Origin: Cyanophora paradoxa CCMP329
Lineage: Eukaryota > Plantae > Glaucophyta
DNA length: 64,000 nt
Assembly: GCA_004431415.1 (NCBI GenBank)
Contig: QPMI01000182.1
Coordinates: 92,235-156,234, forward strand
Direction of reading: 5' to 3'
The position numbers and the translations under genes are program-made. Of this stretch, positions 43,830 through 58,000 are shown piece after piece; the first letter of the stretch is position 1, and the number at the start of each line of letters is the position of its first letter. Under the pieces are notes generated by a model, which did not search any database, had not been told where the DNA came from, and was given only the letters and a program-made list of their open reading frames with translations.

Positions 43830-46573
43830 CAGAAGCAGATTCGAATTTGCTAGCACGAAACGAGGTCGCCGTCCCTGAGGGCCCAGACGTCGCGGTCCGA
43901 GTCGAGGGCGGCCCCGCACGGGCCCCGCAGCCGCAGCCCCGCCGCCGGCGCGCCCACCCGCCCCGCCGCCGCCTCCCGCAGCGCCCGCAGCGGCTCCGCC
44001 CCGCGCTCCACCCGCAGGGTCCACGCAGTCGTACCCCGTCGCCACCGGCGTCCAGGCGGAGGGTGATGGCGAGGGGGGAAGGAGAAGGGCCGCTCCAGGC
44101 CCTCGGGGGTACCACGAGCCCGGGAGCGGCGGCGGGGTCGACGCGGAGGCGGTAGGGGCGGCCGACGGCGAAGGGCGCGAGGGGCGCGCAGCGGACGGCG
44201 ACGGCGGCGCCCAGGAGGTGCTCGGCGGGGCGGCGCTGCAGAGCGCCGGCACCGTCCGACCCTCCCCGTCCACCACCTGCATTACAAGATTAATCAATTG
44301 AAATTAAGGCGGGGCGGGCGGGGCCGTCGCACGGTGACGAGGCGGTCGGGGTCGACGCGGGGGCCGCGGGGGCGCCGACGGCGAGGAGGAGGGCGCCGTA
44401 GGCCCCGATGGGCGAGGCCGGCAGGGCCACGCCTTCCAGCCGCGGCCGCCCGTCCCGCGCGAACCTGCCCGCCGGCGCCCCCGTCAAGGAGGCGCGGCGG
44501 GGGGCGAGGACGGGAGGGGCGAGGGGGGGGGGGGGGGGGGAGGGAAGGGGGTGCGGGACGCACCGGGCGGGGATGGAGGGCGGGGCGGGGCCAGCGGGGG
44601 CCTCCAATACGAGCTCGTCCAGCGTCCCGCCCTGCACCGGCGTCGGCGGCGGCGGCGCTGGGGGGAGGGGGGGGAGGGGAGGTTGGGAGAGGAGGGGTCG
44701 GTTAGAGTGGAAGTGAGGAGGGAAGGTAGAGAGGGGGGGAGAGGAAGGTGGGGTGGGGGGAGGAGAGGAGCGGGGGGAGCAGATGAGGGGAGGGGAGGAC
44801 GGGGGAGGGGGCGTGACAAGGGGGGGGTACCGGGGGTACGAGGGGAGGGGGATGGGGGAGCGGGTAGGAGGGGGGAGGGGCGGAGCGGGGGGGGGGGGTA
44901 GGATAGGGGAGCGGGTGGGAGGGGGGTATCGGGGGGGGGGGGGGCGGGGCGCGGGGGGGGGGAAGGAGGGGATGTTTAGGGGATGGCTCGCCTGCAGCGC
45001 CTCGACAGCGGCCGCCAGCGCGCGGCGCGCCTCCGCCGCAGAGGGCCGCGCCGCCGCCTCCCCCGCCCACATCCGCTGCACCAGCGCCTGCACCGCCGCC
45101 GGCACCCCTGCGGCAGATGTGAGCCTCCGCACCAGACAGGCGGGCCACACGGGCGCACCCTCCGTCGCGGGCTCCGGCCGCTGGCCCGCCGCCACCCGCT
45201 GCATCACCTGCCGCCCGCCCGTGAGACGCGGCGGGGCGGGGCGGGGCGGCGGGCGGGGCGGGGGCCTGGAAGGGGTGGACGCCGGGGAAGGGCAGGCGCC
45301 CCGCGAGCGCCTCGTTCAGCACCACCGCCGCCCCGTACACGTCCCCCGCAAAGTCCGCCCTGCCCCCGCCCCGTCAGCTTCGAAATCGGCTCGCAGCGGC
45401 TTGGGGCCTGGGGTCGCTGCGCACGGGCCCTCGCCCCGCAGCGCCTCCGGCGCGGCGTACGCGACTGTTCCCATCGCGGCGGCTCCAGTCGACACGGCGC
45501 CCGACAGCTTGTACTGCAGCCGCCCGCCCTCACCGCGGAACACCTGCCCCGGCCCCTCGTCAGCAGCGGCTCGACCCCGGGCGGCCACCGGCCCGGCAGC
45601 GCGCACGAGGACGTTGCCGGGCTTGACGTCGCGGTGGACGATGTTGCGCGCGTGCAGGTGCGCCAGCGCCCCCAGCACCTGCACCCCTGCGCCCCTCCGC
45701 CCCCTCAGCGCCGGCTGCGCATGCGGCGGACCGCGTGCGCGGGCGCACCGAGGTCGAGGCACTCGGCGAGGCTCAGGCGCCGCTCCGCCAGCAGCGCCCG
45801 CAGGCTCGTCTCCGCCCGCTCCGTCACCAGCGTCGCCCCGCCGCCCGCCTCGTTCACCACTCCGTAGAGCTGCACCACTCCAGGGTGCCGCACCATGCTG
45901 CCCGACGAGTCAGGGGCTGCGAGATCGAACTCGGACCCGGCCGCCGCACCTCAGGATCGCCGCCTCGCGCAGCAGCCGCCGCGCGGCCGCCTCGCGCTCG
46001 CCCGCCGCGCCGAGCGCCGCCGCGTCGATGACCTTCAGCGCGACCGGCCGCTCGCCCCACGTCCCCGCGAAGACCATCCCCGTCGCCCCGCGACCGATTT
46101 CTGCGCCCGCGAAATGAACTCTCCCGTCCGCGCGCGGCCGGCGAATCGGGACACCGGGCACCGGCGCTGCGGACGACCTCAGACGCGGGAATCTCATGAT
46201 CGGCAGCTCCGTTGCCTTGCTCCGCCTCGAGCTCTGCGCCCACGGCCCGCGGGAGAGCGGGTTCGGATCGGCTCACAAAAGAACGGCGCGAGAGAGGCGA
46301 ACAAGAAGCGGAATGCGCACGGGCGAGCTGCTCCAGTATCTCTTGAATGACAGGGTTCACGGGCACCTCGCGCGGCACGCCGACCTGGCGCCGACACGCA
46401 GGACACGCCGCTGGCGCTTCCTCGCCTCGTCCGACTGCCTCGCGCACGCCGGGAAGCGCCAGGATGCAGTCGCGGCAAAAGGTGTGGTTGCAGGAGAGCG
46501 TGGACGGCTGCCGAAGCTGCTCGAGGCAGAGGGCGCAATCGAGCGAGCTACAGCTGGGCGCGGGGGCAGCCAT
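43830..46573 (-). CDS. RING-HC (C3HC4) finger fused to a TKL-like protein kinase domain lacking DFG
   Basis: CALC...CNHTFCRDC...CPAC; IGRGATGMV, VALK, RHPGVVQLYG, IVHRDVKPGNVL, GTVAYAAPE, DVYGAAVVLNE, RPS. 3' end approximate. Confidence 0.85.
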
Positions 46574-47215
46574 ATCGACAAAGGTGGCCGAGCCGCTGCG
46601 AATACGTCGATCCGCTCCGCCGATCGCCTGACGCGGTCAACTCATGAACGCTCGATGCCGGCGCGCTTCCAGTGAACCTCCACGTCGAATGAGCTGCAGC
46701 AAAGTAACCTCCCTGCGCCACAGGGACCGTCACATGCACAGAGATGCGCGGTCGACTGACCCGCGTATCAGCTGCACGTACCCCGGTGACGCTCAGATGA
46801 GGTAAGCCAGCAAGCCGGGCTGGCCAGCCTGGCTTGCTAGCGGCTTGGGCCAGCCCCTGGTACAAGGTTAAGACGCCGACAGCCTGCCAGATCACAGATC
46901 GGAGCAGCTTCAGCCCGGCAGGTCGCCGAAGCCGTCTTTAATTTATAACAGCAGGGGCTTGCCGAGTGCTGCAGCTGGCCAAGTGCGCGGCGAGTGCCCA
47001 ACCGCGACAACCGCGTATCCGCGGACCGGAGACCACGCGCTCGCGCGAATTCTCGGCGCCGGCGGCACGTGCACGACGTTGCTTGAGAAGACGGCGGCCA
47101 TAAGAAACGTTTGCAACGCGGCGCGCGCGCGCCGCTCGTGCCGGCCGCGGTCGCAGCCCGCCGACAGCTGCACCTGCAGCTGCAGCCATGGCCAACAGCG
47201 CATGATCGGCTCGCC

Positions 47216-49287
47216 ATGGCGGTGAGATTCGACAGCAGCGCAATCGGCCGGCTCTTAACTCGACGATTCGGCAGGAGAGCTCGAGCGCCGCGGCGGATAT
47301 CGACGTGGATGCCGACGCCGACGCGCAGTCTCTGAGCTCGAGCCCGTCCTCGACATCGGTCGCGACCTCGAGCTCGCAATCGGAGGCAGAAGATGAAGAT
47401 CTGAATGTAGATGATATCGATCGACCTGCGGCCTCGAGCTCGACGGAGAACCTCGACCGCAGGCCTAGGCCTAGGCCTAGGCTAGACGGGCCCTCTCTAG
47501 ACGATCTGCCGGATGAGATTCTGTGGTGCGCACATGCTTGCTCATTTCTCCCACGTCGACTCGAATCGGATATCGATGATCCTTTCGAGTTAAGTTTCGC
47601 CAACGCCCTGCGCAGCCGCGTCTTCCTCTTCGTAGGGCCTTTCGATGCGGCGGGCCTGTGCCGGTCCTTCCTCCCATCCCTTCCCCGCCCCGCCCCTCCG
47701 ATCCCCCGGCCCGACCGATCGCGCCACGCTCACAACGGCCCCGTCGGCCCCTGCAGGCTGGACTCTCTCTCCCGCCGGGCCCGCCGCGTGGTGTGGGAGC
47801 TGGCGGAGTGGTCCGGGAGCCTCGACCTCTGGCCGCCGACGGCCGAGGTGCACCTGTCCGCCGCGCGGGCCCGCGGCGCGCTCGCGGACACGGCGCGCCT
47901 CCACCTCGCGGCCGCCCGCCGGCTGCTGCTCTGGGCCACCGCCGGCCGCCTCCGCGGCCTCCGCTCCCTGCGCCTCGCCGTCGCCGGGCGGACCCACGCC
48001 CAGGCCCGCCCCGCCCCGCCTCCCCCCCCCTCCTCCTCCCCCCCCCTTCCCGCCCCCTCCCATCCCCCACCCTCCGCTGGACTCGAGCCCGCGCCCCCGC
48101 AGGCCCTGGTGGAGCTCCTGGCGATGCTTCAGCAGAGCTCGCCGGGCATCCAGCGGCTCGAGGTGCGCCCCCCCTCGTACACCCCTTCGCCCCTTCCTCA
48201 TCCCCCTTCGCCCCTTCCTCGTACCCCTTCGCCCCTCATCCCCGCCCCTCCCCCCCTCCCCACCCCCTCCGACTGCAGCTTTGCCTGACGCGCGGCCGGC
48301 GGCTCAGATACGCCTGTGCCCCCTCTCGGTGCTCCCCCTGGGGGAGCTGGGCCCCGCCGCGCCCCTCCTGCGGGCCGCGCAGTCCCTCCCGAGCCTCTCC
48401 GAGCTCATCCTCCACGAGCCCGAGCTCCAGGCCCGTGCCGCGCGTGCTAGATCTTGACGCGATCTCGAGCTCGAGGCCGGCCCTGCCGCCCCAAGCTTAA
48501 GTGACCCCGCGCGCGCGCCTCCGGGTCCGCAGGCGGATCCGGAGCGGGAGCCGCTCGTGAGCCTGCCCCTGCGCCCCTCCCCCCTGGGCGCCCTGGACTG
48601 GGCGGATCCGGACCGCGTTTCTTCGTCCCTCGAAGTCCTCTCCGTGCCCGAGCGGCTCCTGGACGCGGGCGAGGTCCCCGCCATCGCCCGTGGGGCCCCC
48701 GCCCTCCGCTCGCTCCGCTGCAGGGCCGACCAGGCCGGCCTCTTCGAGATCGCCACGTGGCTCAGAGGCCTTCGAAGCCTCCGCTGCCGCCTCCAGCGCG
48801 CCCCCCGGCGGTGCGCGCCTCGCGCCTCGCGCCTCGGGCGCGTTCTGAACGTATACCGACCCGTGGGCGCAGGGACGAGCTGCAGAGCTTCGGGCCGGGG
48901 CTGGGGCGGCTGGGGGAGACGTGCCCGGAGCTGGCGGTGCTGCGGGTGGGGGGGCGCCGCTCGGCGGCCCTCTCGGACGCCGAGGTGGAGCAGGCCGCCC
49001 GCGTCTCCGCCCTCCGCGAGCTCTCCCTCCGCGTGCGACATTGCTGCCTCGAGACCCCCCCCCCCCCCCCCCCCCCCCCTCATTGCTGCCCCGGCGCCGG
49101 CGCCTTAGCGCTATTGCCGCGGCGCTCCGCCCATGGCCAGCTGCAGGCTGCAGCCCCTGTTCTAGGAGCTGACCACGCGCGGCCGGCGGGGCCTGGGCGC
49201 AGGTGGACGACCGCCACGTGCGCGCCGCGCGCTCCCTCGAGCGCCTCGCCGCCCTCCCCGCCCTCCGCGCCCTCAAGGCCCGCCCCG

Positions 49288-49333
<46 letters not shown>

Positions 49334-50456
49334 TTCTCGCTCGCCCTGCCCCGCCCCGACCCGACCCGCCCGGCCTGGCCCCGCGGAGGCCCAGCCCCGG
49401 CGTTTATAATTAGATTTGGGCCGGGGGGACAGGTGGGGGCGGACTTCAGGGCGGGGCTCCACGGGGCTCCACGGGGCGAGCTCGCCGACTCGCTCGCCGG
49501 CGACGCGGCCGCCCTCCTCCGCCGCCTCCGCCGCCTCGTCGCGGGGGCCCCGGAGGAGGAGGGCGGGGCCCCGCCCCCGCTCCACGAGGTGCGCTGGCTT
49601 TGATTTGATTTCAGTCCTAGGCCTCGCGTTTCCGAGCGATTCGAGATTCTCCAGCGAAGGTGTATTCTCCATTTGAATTAATATTCCTCAACGGTCGCAG
49701 CTGAAAGTGGACCTCGGTTTCGAACTGAATCGCGACACGGAAGAGGTACGCTGAAATCGAATCTAGTCCGCTCTAGATCTGTTTGACGCCGCTCCCTCAG
49801 GAGGCTGTGGCGCTCCTTTCGGCCTGCGCGGCGCAGGGCTGCCTGGTCTCCTGGCGCAGGCGCGACGCCGTAGCTCCCGCCGCGCCCCGACCGCGCCCCG
49901 ACCGCGCCCGCAGCGTCCACGCGCGGACGCCGCACGCGGCGGCGGCGGCGTGGGAGTTCAAGGCCCTCGCGCGGGGGCTGGCCGTCCGCCCGCAGACGGG
50001 GCGCCTGGGCCAGGCCCTCGCCGAGGCCGCCGGGCCCCGCACCCGCCGCGTCCACGTCACCGTAGAGGTCCGGTACCCCCCTCGCCCCGCCCCGCCCCGC
50101 CTTCCGGTCAGATCATATGATTTGATCCGAGGGCGCCCGCCTGAGCGCGCCCGCGCGTGCGCAGGTCCCTCTGAGCGACTCGGCCGTCGACTTTCTGCTC
50201 CCATTCGCCGCCCTCCACGCGCGCGAGGTGCGCCCGGGCGCGGTTGAAATCAATCAGCGGAATACCTATATATATTCAGCTAGAATCGAATTTTAGCTTC
50301 CTTAATTCCGCGCCGACGTCTCCCTCTCTCGCAGGGGGGTCTCGGGCCGCGGCCGCAGCTGGCGGTGCGCGTCCTGCCCAAGCCCGGCATGCCCGAGGAG
50401 GACGTCGAGGCCCTCCGCCAGGTGCGCGTGCGCCCGGGCAGACGCTTAAGCTTTAG
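47216..50456 (+). CDS. F-box / leucine-rich-repeat protein
   Basis: SLDDLPDEILW...RVFLFV F-box; repeated LRxLxL and CPELAVLRV units in short exons. Start ATG 47216 with first intron 47222-47274; 3' end uncertain. Confidence 0.75.
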
Positions 50457-52059
50457 CTAGGCGGTCGCCCGCGGCCGGCGCCGGCGCCGGCGGCCCCCGC
50501 GAGATCTAGATCTAAGGATATTAGGGATCTAAGGATAGGCTGGGCGGCCGCCCACGGCCGGCGCCGGCGCCAGAGCCGCCGGCGCCCGCGATCGATATCG
50601 ATATCGGTATCGGTATCGGTATCGACGCCTGCGCCGTCAGATGCCGGCGGCGTTCCCCTTCGCGTCCGTCGGCCCCCCCGTCGTCGGCCCCCCGGACTTC
50701 GGGCGGCACCTCCTCGCCCTCCCCCCGGCCCCCAACGCCCCCGGCGTCCCCAGCGCCCCAGCCCAGCCCCAGCCGCAGAGCTCCGGATCCGGACCCGCAC
50801 CCGCTCGACCCGCGATCGGCATCGGCGCCTGGCTCGCGGCTTCCAGCCCGTACGACTTTCCGCAGCTCTGATCACGAATCAAGTCCCGGCAATCGCAGGA
50901 GAGCTAGCCCAGCGATTTACAGCGGTTTGCAGCAGAAATGGACTCTTTGGACTGCCATTATCATGATCAGACACCGGAATTCTAGATCTGAATGAAATGC
51001 ACTCTATATCATAGTATCTAAATCTATATATATATATATAGCTACTCCAATTCTTCGAACTCTGCTTCTCGCCTTCGCCTTCTCCTTCCTTGTCGTTCCT
51101 TTCCGAAGTTCCGAGGCTCTTCAGCATCTTGTTAACACAGTCGGAGCTCTTATATATTCGTGGTTGATATTAGCTTCTCCTCGTAATTTGCGCCCTTGGA
51201 CAGCCCCCCGGCTTTAATTTATCGCATTAATTAGCATTATGACGATCTTTGAGGACGATGATGCTTTATAATTACGTGTTTCGGCTTGCTAGATCTTAAG
51301 CCCGAGCTCGCCGAGCTCGCGCTTCTTTTCCTTTCGTTCGACGCAGTGCTGACGAAGCCGGAGCTAGCTTAGTAGGTGGTGCTTTCTTTGCAGTCACTGA
51401 GTACTATCACTAGCGGCTGCTCCGCCTAGTTCGAATTCGCGGAACTGAACCTCGGGCTTCGAATCCCCAAGAGCCCGAAAATCGATCATGAGAGGCCGAG
51501 GTTGGGATAATGCATATGAAAACGAGCTACTGTCTTTTATTGCCATCGCAAACCAAACAGAAAATAAGCCACCAGACTATCACTTTTGCCAGACAGGCTT
51601 TATTTCGCAGCTGGATCTGAAGTGATGTTCGAAGAAAGAACGCGAAACAGTATTAATATGATCCTCTACTCAAGGTCTAGAGCGGGCGGGCGTCTATACA
51701 TCTGCTGTTTATCAAAGCGTCCCACTAACGCTCCTCGACAAGAAACAGGAAATCGCAATTCGGAATCGGAACAGTGAGCTCTTGGCGTCCTGCCGTTCAG
51801 AAATCTTGCGCATGCGAATATTTCATCGGAGGAGGGGGCGTTTGACGAATAAAAGCGTCCCGTTTCCTGCAAAGGCTGCCGAAGAAGAATAATTCAAATC
51901 ACGCTACGTATGTACACTAGTACTGCGGCACGCTTCGAGTTTATATTTGTTCTTGGGGTCGAAGCTAGCGGAAGTGCCGAGAGTCCTAAATCGAAGGCAA
52001 TTATTTACAGCGCCTCGAGATGTAAATGTAGAGAAACGAAGCTCGACGACCCAAACATC

Positions 52060-55000
52060 CTACTCCTCGCGGCCCGGCGGGCAGCTGCCGGGGCGCTCCA
52101 GATCGCCGGCGAGCGACGCCGACGGGCGGCGCTGTGCGGCGAGCGAGGGGCCCCCGGGCCCGGCGGCGAGCGCGCCCACCAGTCCCCGCCCCGGCCCCGG
52201 CTCCACCCCGTGCACCTGCGCAGGCCGTCCCCGCCGCGGTCAGCTCTCGGAACGGATCGAAACCATACGAACGTCAACGCCCAACTATACTTCACAGGGC
52301 CCAACGCTAGCTCACGATATAAGAGAACGCTGGATGCATATGTCGCTCGCGATTTGGACGTATATCTCCGTTTACTCGCCCGACCAATTCAAGTAGACGC
52401 ACCAGCATGGTTCCCTGCCCGCATTCCGCCTCCATTTCCGCCGCGACCGCCCCCAGCTCGGCCTCCGCCGCCGCCGCCTCGGCCCCGGCCCCGGCCGGGG
52501 CCGCGAGCTCGGTGCTGCGGCGGCGGCGGCGGCGGGCGAGGCGCTCGGCCGCCGTCACGAGCGCCGCCTCCAGCTCCGCCGCCCGCACCGGCTTCTGCGC
52601 CCGGCAACGAGACGGGGGAGCGCTCAGAGGGCGGGAAGGCTTAAGGTGCGCCGGGGCGGGCGGGCGGACGGCGAGGAAGGCGTCGAAGCCGGCGTCCGCG
52701 CACTCGATCCGGTCCCGCGCCCCCACGTTCGCTGCCCCGCGCGTGAGCGGAGGGGGCGGGCGGGCGGGCCCCGAGCAGGGGGATGGGCGCGCCGGAGAGG
52801 GCGATGGCGTAGGGGAGGCGGGCCGGAGGCAGCTCGGCGCGCATCCGCCGCAGCGACTCCAGCCCGTCCATCCGCGGCATCATGATGTCTGCCCCCGCGA
52901 TGCCAACGAAGTTGAGGCCGTCAGATAAATTCGGGAGCGTCTTTAGTATCGAGCTCGATTAATATTTGATTTGGGGCGGGATGAAGGGCGGCACCGGAGA
53001 GGAGGAGGTCGAAGGGCTCGCCGCGGGCCTCGGCCGCCCGCGCCGCCTCCAGCGCCTCCCGCCCGTCCCCCGCGTGCACGACCCGCGCGTAGCCCAGCTT
53101 CCGCAGCTGCACCATCACGATCTTCGCGTTCGTCTGCGCATGCGCGCCCCGCCGCGTGAGGCGCCGGCGAGGCCGGGGGGGGGAAGGGGCCCGGGCCGGG
53201 CGCGCCGGCGTGTCCTCTGAGAAGAGGATGCGGAGCTGCGCGCGGTCCGTGGCTGCCGGGGCTGGTGGCAGCACCGGTACCACAGCCGGCGCCGGCGCCG
53301 CCGCCAATTGCAAGGCCATCGATGGCTCCACCGATCGCGACTCTGCGCCCTCCGCCACGCCGGACCCCGCCTGCGAAATTCGGAAACGAGCGCGAAAACC
53401 GGTCGGCCCGACGTTGAAGTCGGGCGCGGAGCGGGGGCGCACGGCGGGGGCGGGGCAGGGCGGGGGCGGCTCGAGCTCGAGGGCACGGGGGAGCTCCTCG
53501 TCGAAGGCGGGCGCCAGCGTGTCCGCCTGCCGGAAGACCTGCCCCGGCCCGGGCCCGGCCCGGCCCCGGGTCAGCGCGCGGGAGCCCGGGCCCGGCGCCG
53601 GGGCCGGGGGCCGGGCACCTCGGTCTCGCTGTGGCTGCGCGGGATGGAGCGCGGCACGCTCGCGTCCCGCCGCGCCCGGAACCCCTGCACCAGGCACCTG
53701 CAAGGCACGCCCCGGTCGCTCAAGGACGGCGGGGCGGGCCGGGTGGGGCGGGGCGGACTCGTGGAGGTTGTGCTCGGAGACGGGGAGACGCAGCGAGTAC
53801 ACGTTCTCCCGCCGCGCCCCTGCGCCCCCGCAGCGGTCAATGTAGGGCCGCTCGGAATGGGGCGGCGCGCTGCGCACAGGGGGCGAGGGGGACGTGGATG
53901 CGGAGGGGAATGACGGGGGCCGGCGCGAGGTCGCCCGCGCTCTTCGCCCGCTGCAGCTCCTCGCACAGGCTGTCCACCTGCGAGGCGACCGCGAGCTCGG
54001 CACGCAAGCTCGCAATACACGAGCGTGAACTCGATGTTTAATACGAGCTTCTGGCAGCTAGCAGCTAGCTTCACAGAGCGTAGACTTGAGCTTTCGACCG
54101 CTAAACTGCATCTGTAGGCCTAGGGGCGGGATCTAGACCGCGGGCTCGCGCACGACGTCGGCCATCTGGTCCTTGGAGACGAGGGAGGGCATGTAGAAGA
54201 GGACGCCCCCGATCTCGCCCCCGCGCCCCGCCCCCACCTCCGCTTGAATCGCCTGCGGGGGGAACCGTTCCGAGCCTCAAATCTCATGCGGCCGCCGTGC
54301 GAAAAGGCGCGAAAACGGCGAAGCCGCGCGAAAACGCGCAAAACCAGCGGTCGGACGCACCGCGAAAGTGTCTTCGACGCTCCGGACCTGTCGACGCACT
54401 TATATCAGAGACCTGTTCCCTTTACGTGTTGGCTTTGATTTACTAGCACTTCCGGTGCCGTAAAGCTATATCGTCCGATTTGATTTCCGAATGAATGAAA
54501 CGAACCTCGATGAGGCGCATGCCCCAGCGGGCGGTGTCGACGGCGATGGTGCCCGCCCACACGGGCTCGTCCACCGCGATGATAAAGGCCTTGCCCCGCA
54601 GCACCGCGTCCCCCTGCCCGCCCGCCCCAGCGCACGCGTGAGCCGAGAAATTGATTCGAGCGTCAGCGGGCGGGCCTCGAGGACGGCGGCGGCCTTGAGG
54701 AGGGGCAGCAGCGGGTCGTCGTGCTGCACGGCCGCCGCGCGGAACGTGAACGAGAACGTGCTGCGAGCGCGCGGCCCAAGGATAATGTAAGGCGAGCGGC
54801 GAAAGGAATTCGAGGGGGCGCGGGCGCGCCTGCCGGTGCCGGGCGTGGATACCACCTCCAGGCCCCCGCCGAGCGCCTCCGCGATGTGCAGCTGCCCGAC
54901 CCCATAGATGTCGGAACTCGGATGGAGACGTTTACGCGATATCGATCTGTGGGCCGGGTCGATTACCGAGATGAAAAGTCCGAGGCCCGTCCCTGCCGCG

Positions 55001-58000
55001 TCGATATCACATGCATGAATTCGAAAACGTATGTTCGATTTTATAATTAATACAAATCTGCCACGGCTGCGGACCGCGGTGCTGGCGGCTCTTGCGGGGG
55101 TCGAGCTGCGTGAAGAACTTGAAGAGTCGCCGCTGGTCCGCCTCCGAGATCCCCAGCCCCGCGTCTGCCGGCGAGGCGCATGAGGATCAGTTGGGAAGCT
55201 TGAGGGTCACATGCGCATGCGAAGCGGGCGGGCCGGTGACGGTGATGCGGAAGAGGGTGCGGCCGTCGGCGTCGGGCGACCCCTCCGCCTCCACCTGCGC
55301 CCGTCAAGGGGCCTCGCGCCCGGCCCGGCGCGAGCGGGCGGGCCCGGCCTGAGTAGCGGCGCGCACCTCCAAAATGACGCGCCCCTCTTCGGAGAACTTC
55401 GTCCCGTCTGCGGCCCACTTGTGAGTTGCGATGTCGATGGAAATTCGGACACGGTTTGTGTGCGCGCGCACTGCCGACGAGGTTGATGGCCACCTGATCC
55501 GGTGGAGGGCGCCGGCGTTAGCGGCCGCGAGATCCGCCACAAAAACCAGAAGTTTAAACCGGGCGGCACGGAGCGCATGAGGCACCTGGCGGATGCGGCT
55601 CTTGTCGCTGACGATGAAGCGCGGCACGCCGGCCTTCATCTGCAATGCGTCGCGGGCCGCGCGTTGGTGATTTATCGAGCCGGAGATCGAGAGCAGGAGA
55701 GGCGGACGCGGAGCTGGAGGGCGAGGTTGCTCCGCGAGGCCACGGGCCACCTGCGCGCGCCCCCGAGTCCGTCAGAGGCGCGCAAGCGCTGCTGGCCATG
55801 GGGCGCCAGGTACGGGCCGGGGCGCACAGCATGTCCATGACCTCCTCGGCGGCGGAGCGGAGGTCCATGGGGGCGACGGCGATACGGAGCTGGTTGCCGC
55901 GCTCCACGGCGCTCGCGTCCAGCACCTCGCTCACCAGGTCCACCAGCCTGCCCGGCGCGTGAGCGCGCGGGATCCGAACCTAGATAGAGGGAGGGGGCGG
56001 ACGCTTGGCCGCAGGAGCGGATGACGGAGAGGTACTCGCGCTGCTCGATGGAGGGCTTCATGTCGAGCAGCAGGTCTGTGATCCCGATCACCGCCTGCAT
56101 CGGCGTCCGCATCTCGTGCGTGATCACTGCCCCCCGCGAGCGTTAGGACGAGCGTTAGGACGCAGGCGCGAAAATCTGCAATCGAGGCGCGAAAATCGCA
56201 AGCGAGGCGCGAAAATCGCGCGGACCGGAGAGGAAGTCGGCCTTGGCGCGGGCGTCCTGCTGGGCCTGGAGGAGAATTCGAACGATGCGCGCGTGATTAG
56301 CTGCAGGTAAAGGCGTACAATTTCCGATCTTGGAGCGTACCTGTTGGGCCAGGGCGGCGTGCGCCAGCGCCACACCGACGACCTGCAAGGGGATGCAGCT
56401 CATGATCAGGAGCGATTGTCCGTGCGCATGAAGCTGCGTGCATGAAGCGATTTGGAGCTGATAGATAGATAGATTCTTGATATTTATTTAGAGCATAGAT
56501 TGCAACCGTTGCGCTTTGGCGCGCCTCGCAGGCGTCCTCGAAGAGGGCGAGCTCGGCCGGCTTGAAAGTCCGCCCCGCCTCGTTCCACTTCACCTGCGCA
56601 AATGCGTGCCGCGCGGTAAGGGCTCGAGGCCGGGGGCGGCCGCGGGGGCGCGCGGGGCGCTGCGGAGTGCTCGGGCGCGCGGAGCACAGCCTACAACTGC
56701 GGCTGCGGATCGACGTCCGGGAGTTCAAACGCGAACACAGATTGTAAAATTCTCCAAGTCTTAACTCCACCAAAAGTGAATTTCGAATGTCGTTCGCGTT
56801 GCGAAATACCAGAAACGAACGGAACGGCGGCGCACCGTGAATATTCCGTTGATCTGCGAGCAGACTCGTACATTCAGCATAAAGCGCGCGGGCAAGAGGC
56901 GCACGGCGCATGCATAATAAGCTGCCGGACCGTACCTGGCCGTCGGCGGTGGATGTGATGCGGGCCAGCATGGAGCGGACGCCGAGCTTCCGGACGGCGG
57001 CCACAGTGGTCTCGTCCGCCAGGCCCTCGGGGCCGTGCGGCTCCTCGCCCGCCCAGTCCTGATCATCGCGTGCCGCGGTGCCATGGGTAGCGTTTGAATT
57101 CAGAGAAACCGAACTCTAGAAAGCTTGATTCACACTCGCCTGCGCCTTGAGCATGTCTTCGATCTGGACCGTCTCGTGCGGCCGCGACTTCGCCAGCGCC
57201 TGCGCGAAGTTAGACGTCGCAAAACGGCTTACTTTGCTTCGAATTCGATCCCGCGCGGCACCTCGAAGCGGCGGCGGAAGACGGGCCAGATGGAGGGGTC
57301 GGCCTCGTTCGGCCCGCCCTCGGGGCAGATGGCGACGTCCGTCACGCAGATCTCCCCCTCCCCGCCGACGGCGGCCGCCGCCCCACGACCGGGCCCACGC
57401 CCGCGGCCCTCGCGCTCCGGATCGGGACACGCCCCGCTGGGCTGCCTGCTGACCGTCATAATCTCGACGACGTCGGCCCCGTACGCCTCCCGCAGCAGCT
57501 TCGCCGTCGTCTCGATCACCCTGCGCGCCCAGGCTCGCACGTCAACAGCAGCGCAGCAACCGCTAAGCAGAGAGCACGGGCACCTCCTGCTCTCGAGCGT
57601 CGAGCGGATGTCCTTCGTCATAGACCGCAGCAGCTCCGCCCGCGAGAGCTGCGCCGAACCTTCAGGATGCGCCTTCGGAATTCGACGCAAAATGAAGCGT
57701 AATAGTCAGTCACCTCGCTCTGCAGGAGGCGGTTGCGCGATTCCAGCCTTCGAATCAAGCTGTCCTGTCCGATCTGCGCGCGGGACCAGTTCATTGTTCT
57801 TAATTTCACTCATATCCAGACATAGCAAACTCATGATCACCGCGTGGCCGATCTGATCTCTGCGAGTGGACACACCAATTCAGAGATCGGCGGCGGGCAT
57901 CGCGTGCATTTGGCTAAATTCAAATCGAGAAACAACGCACGTGAGGCACTGGAAGATGGAGAGCTCGTGCTTGGAGAGGGCCCGCGGCCTCAGCCAGCCG

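Noticed and set aside
44690-44975. G-rich tract as a telomeric or functional G4 element
   Set aside because: No fixed repeat unit; it matches the C/G-run style of neighbouring introns.
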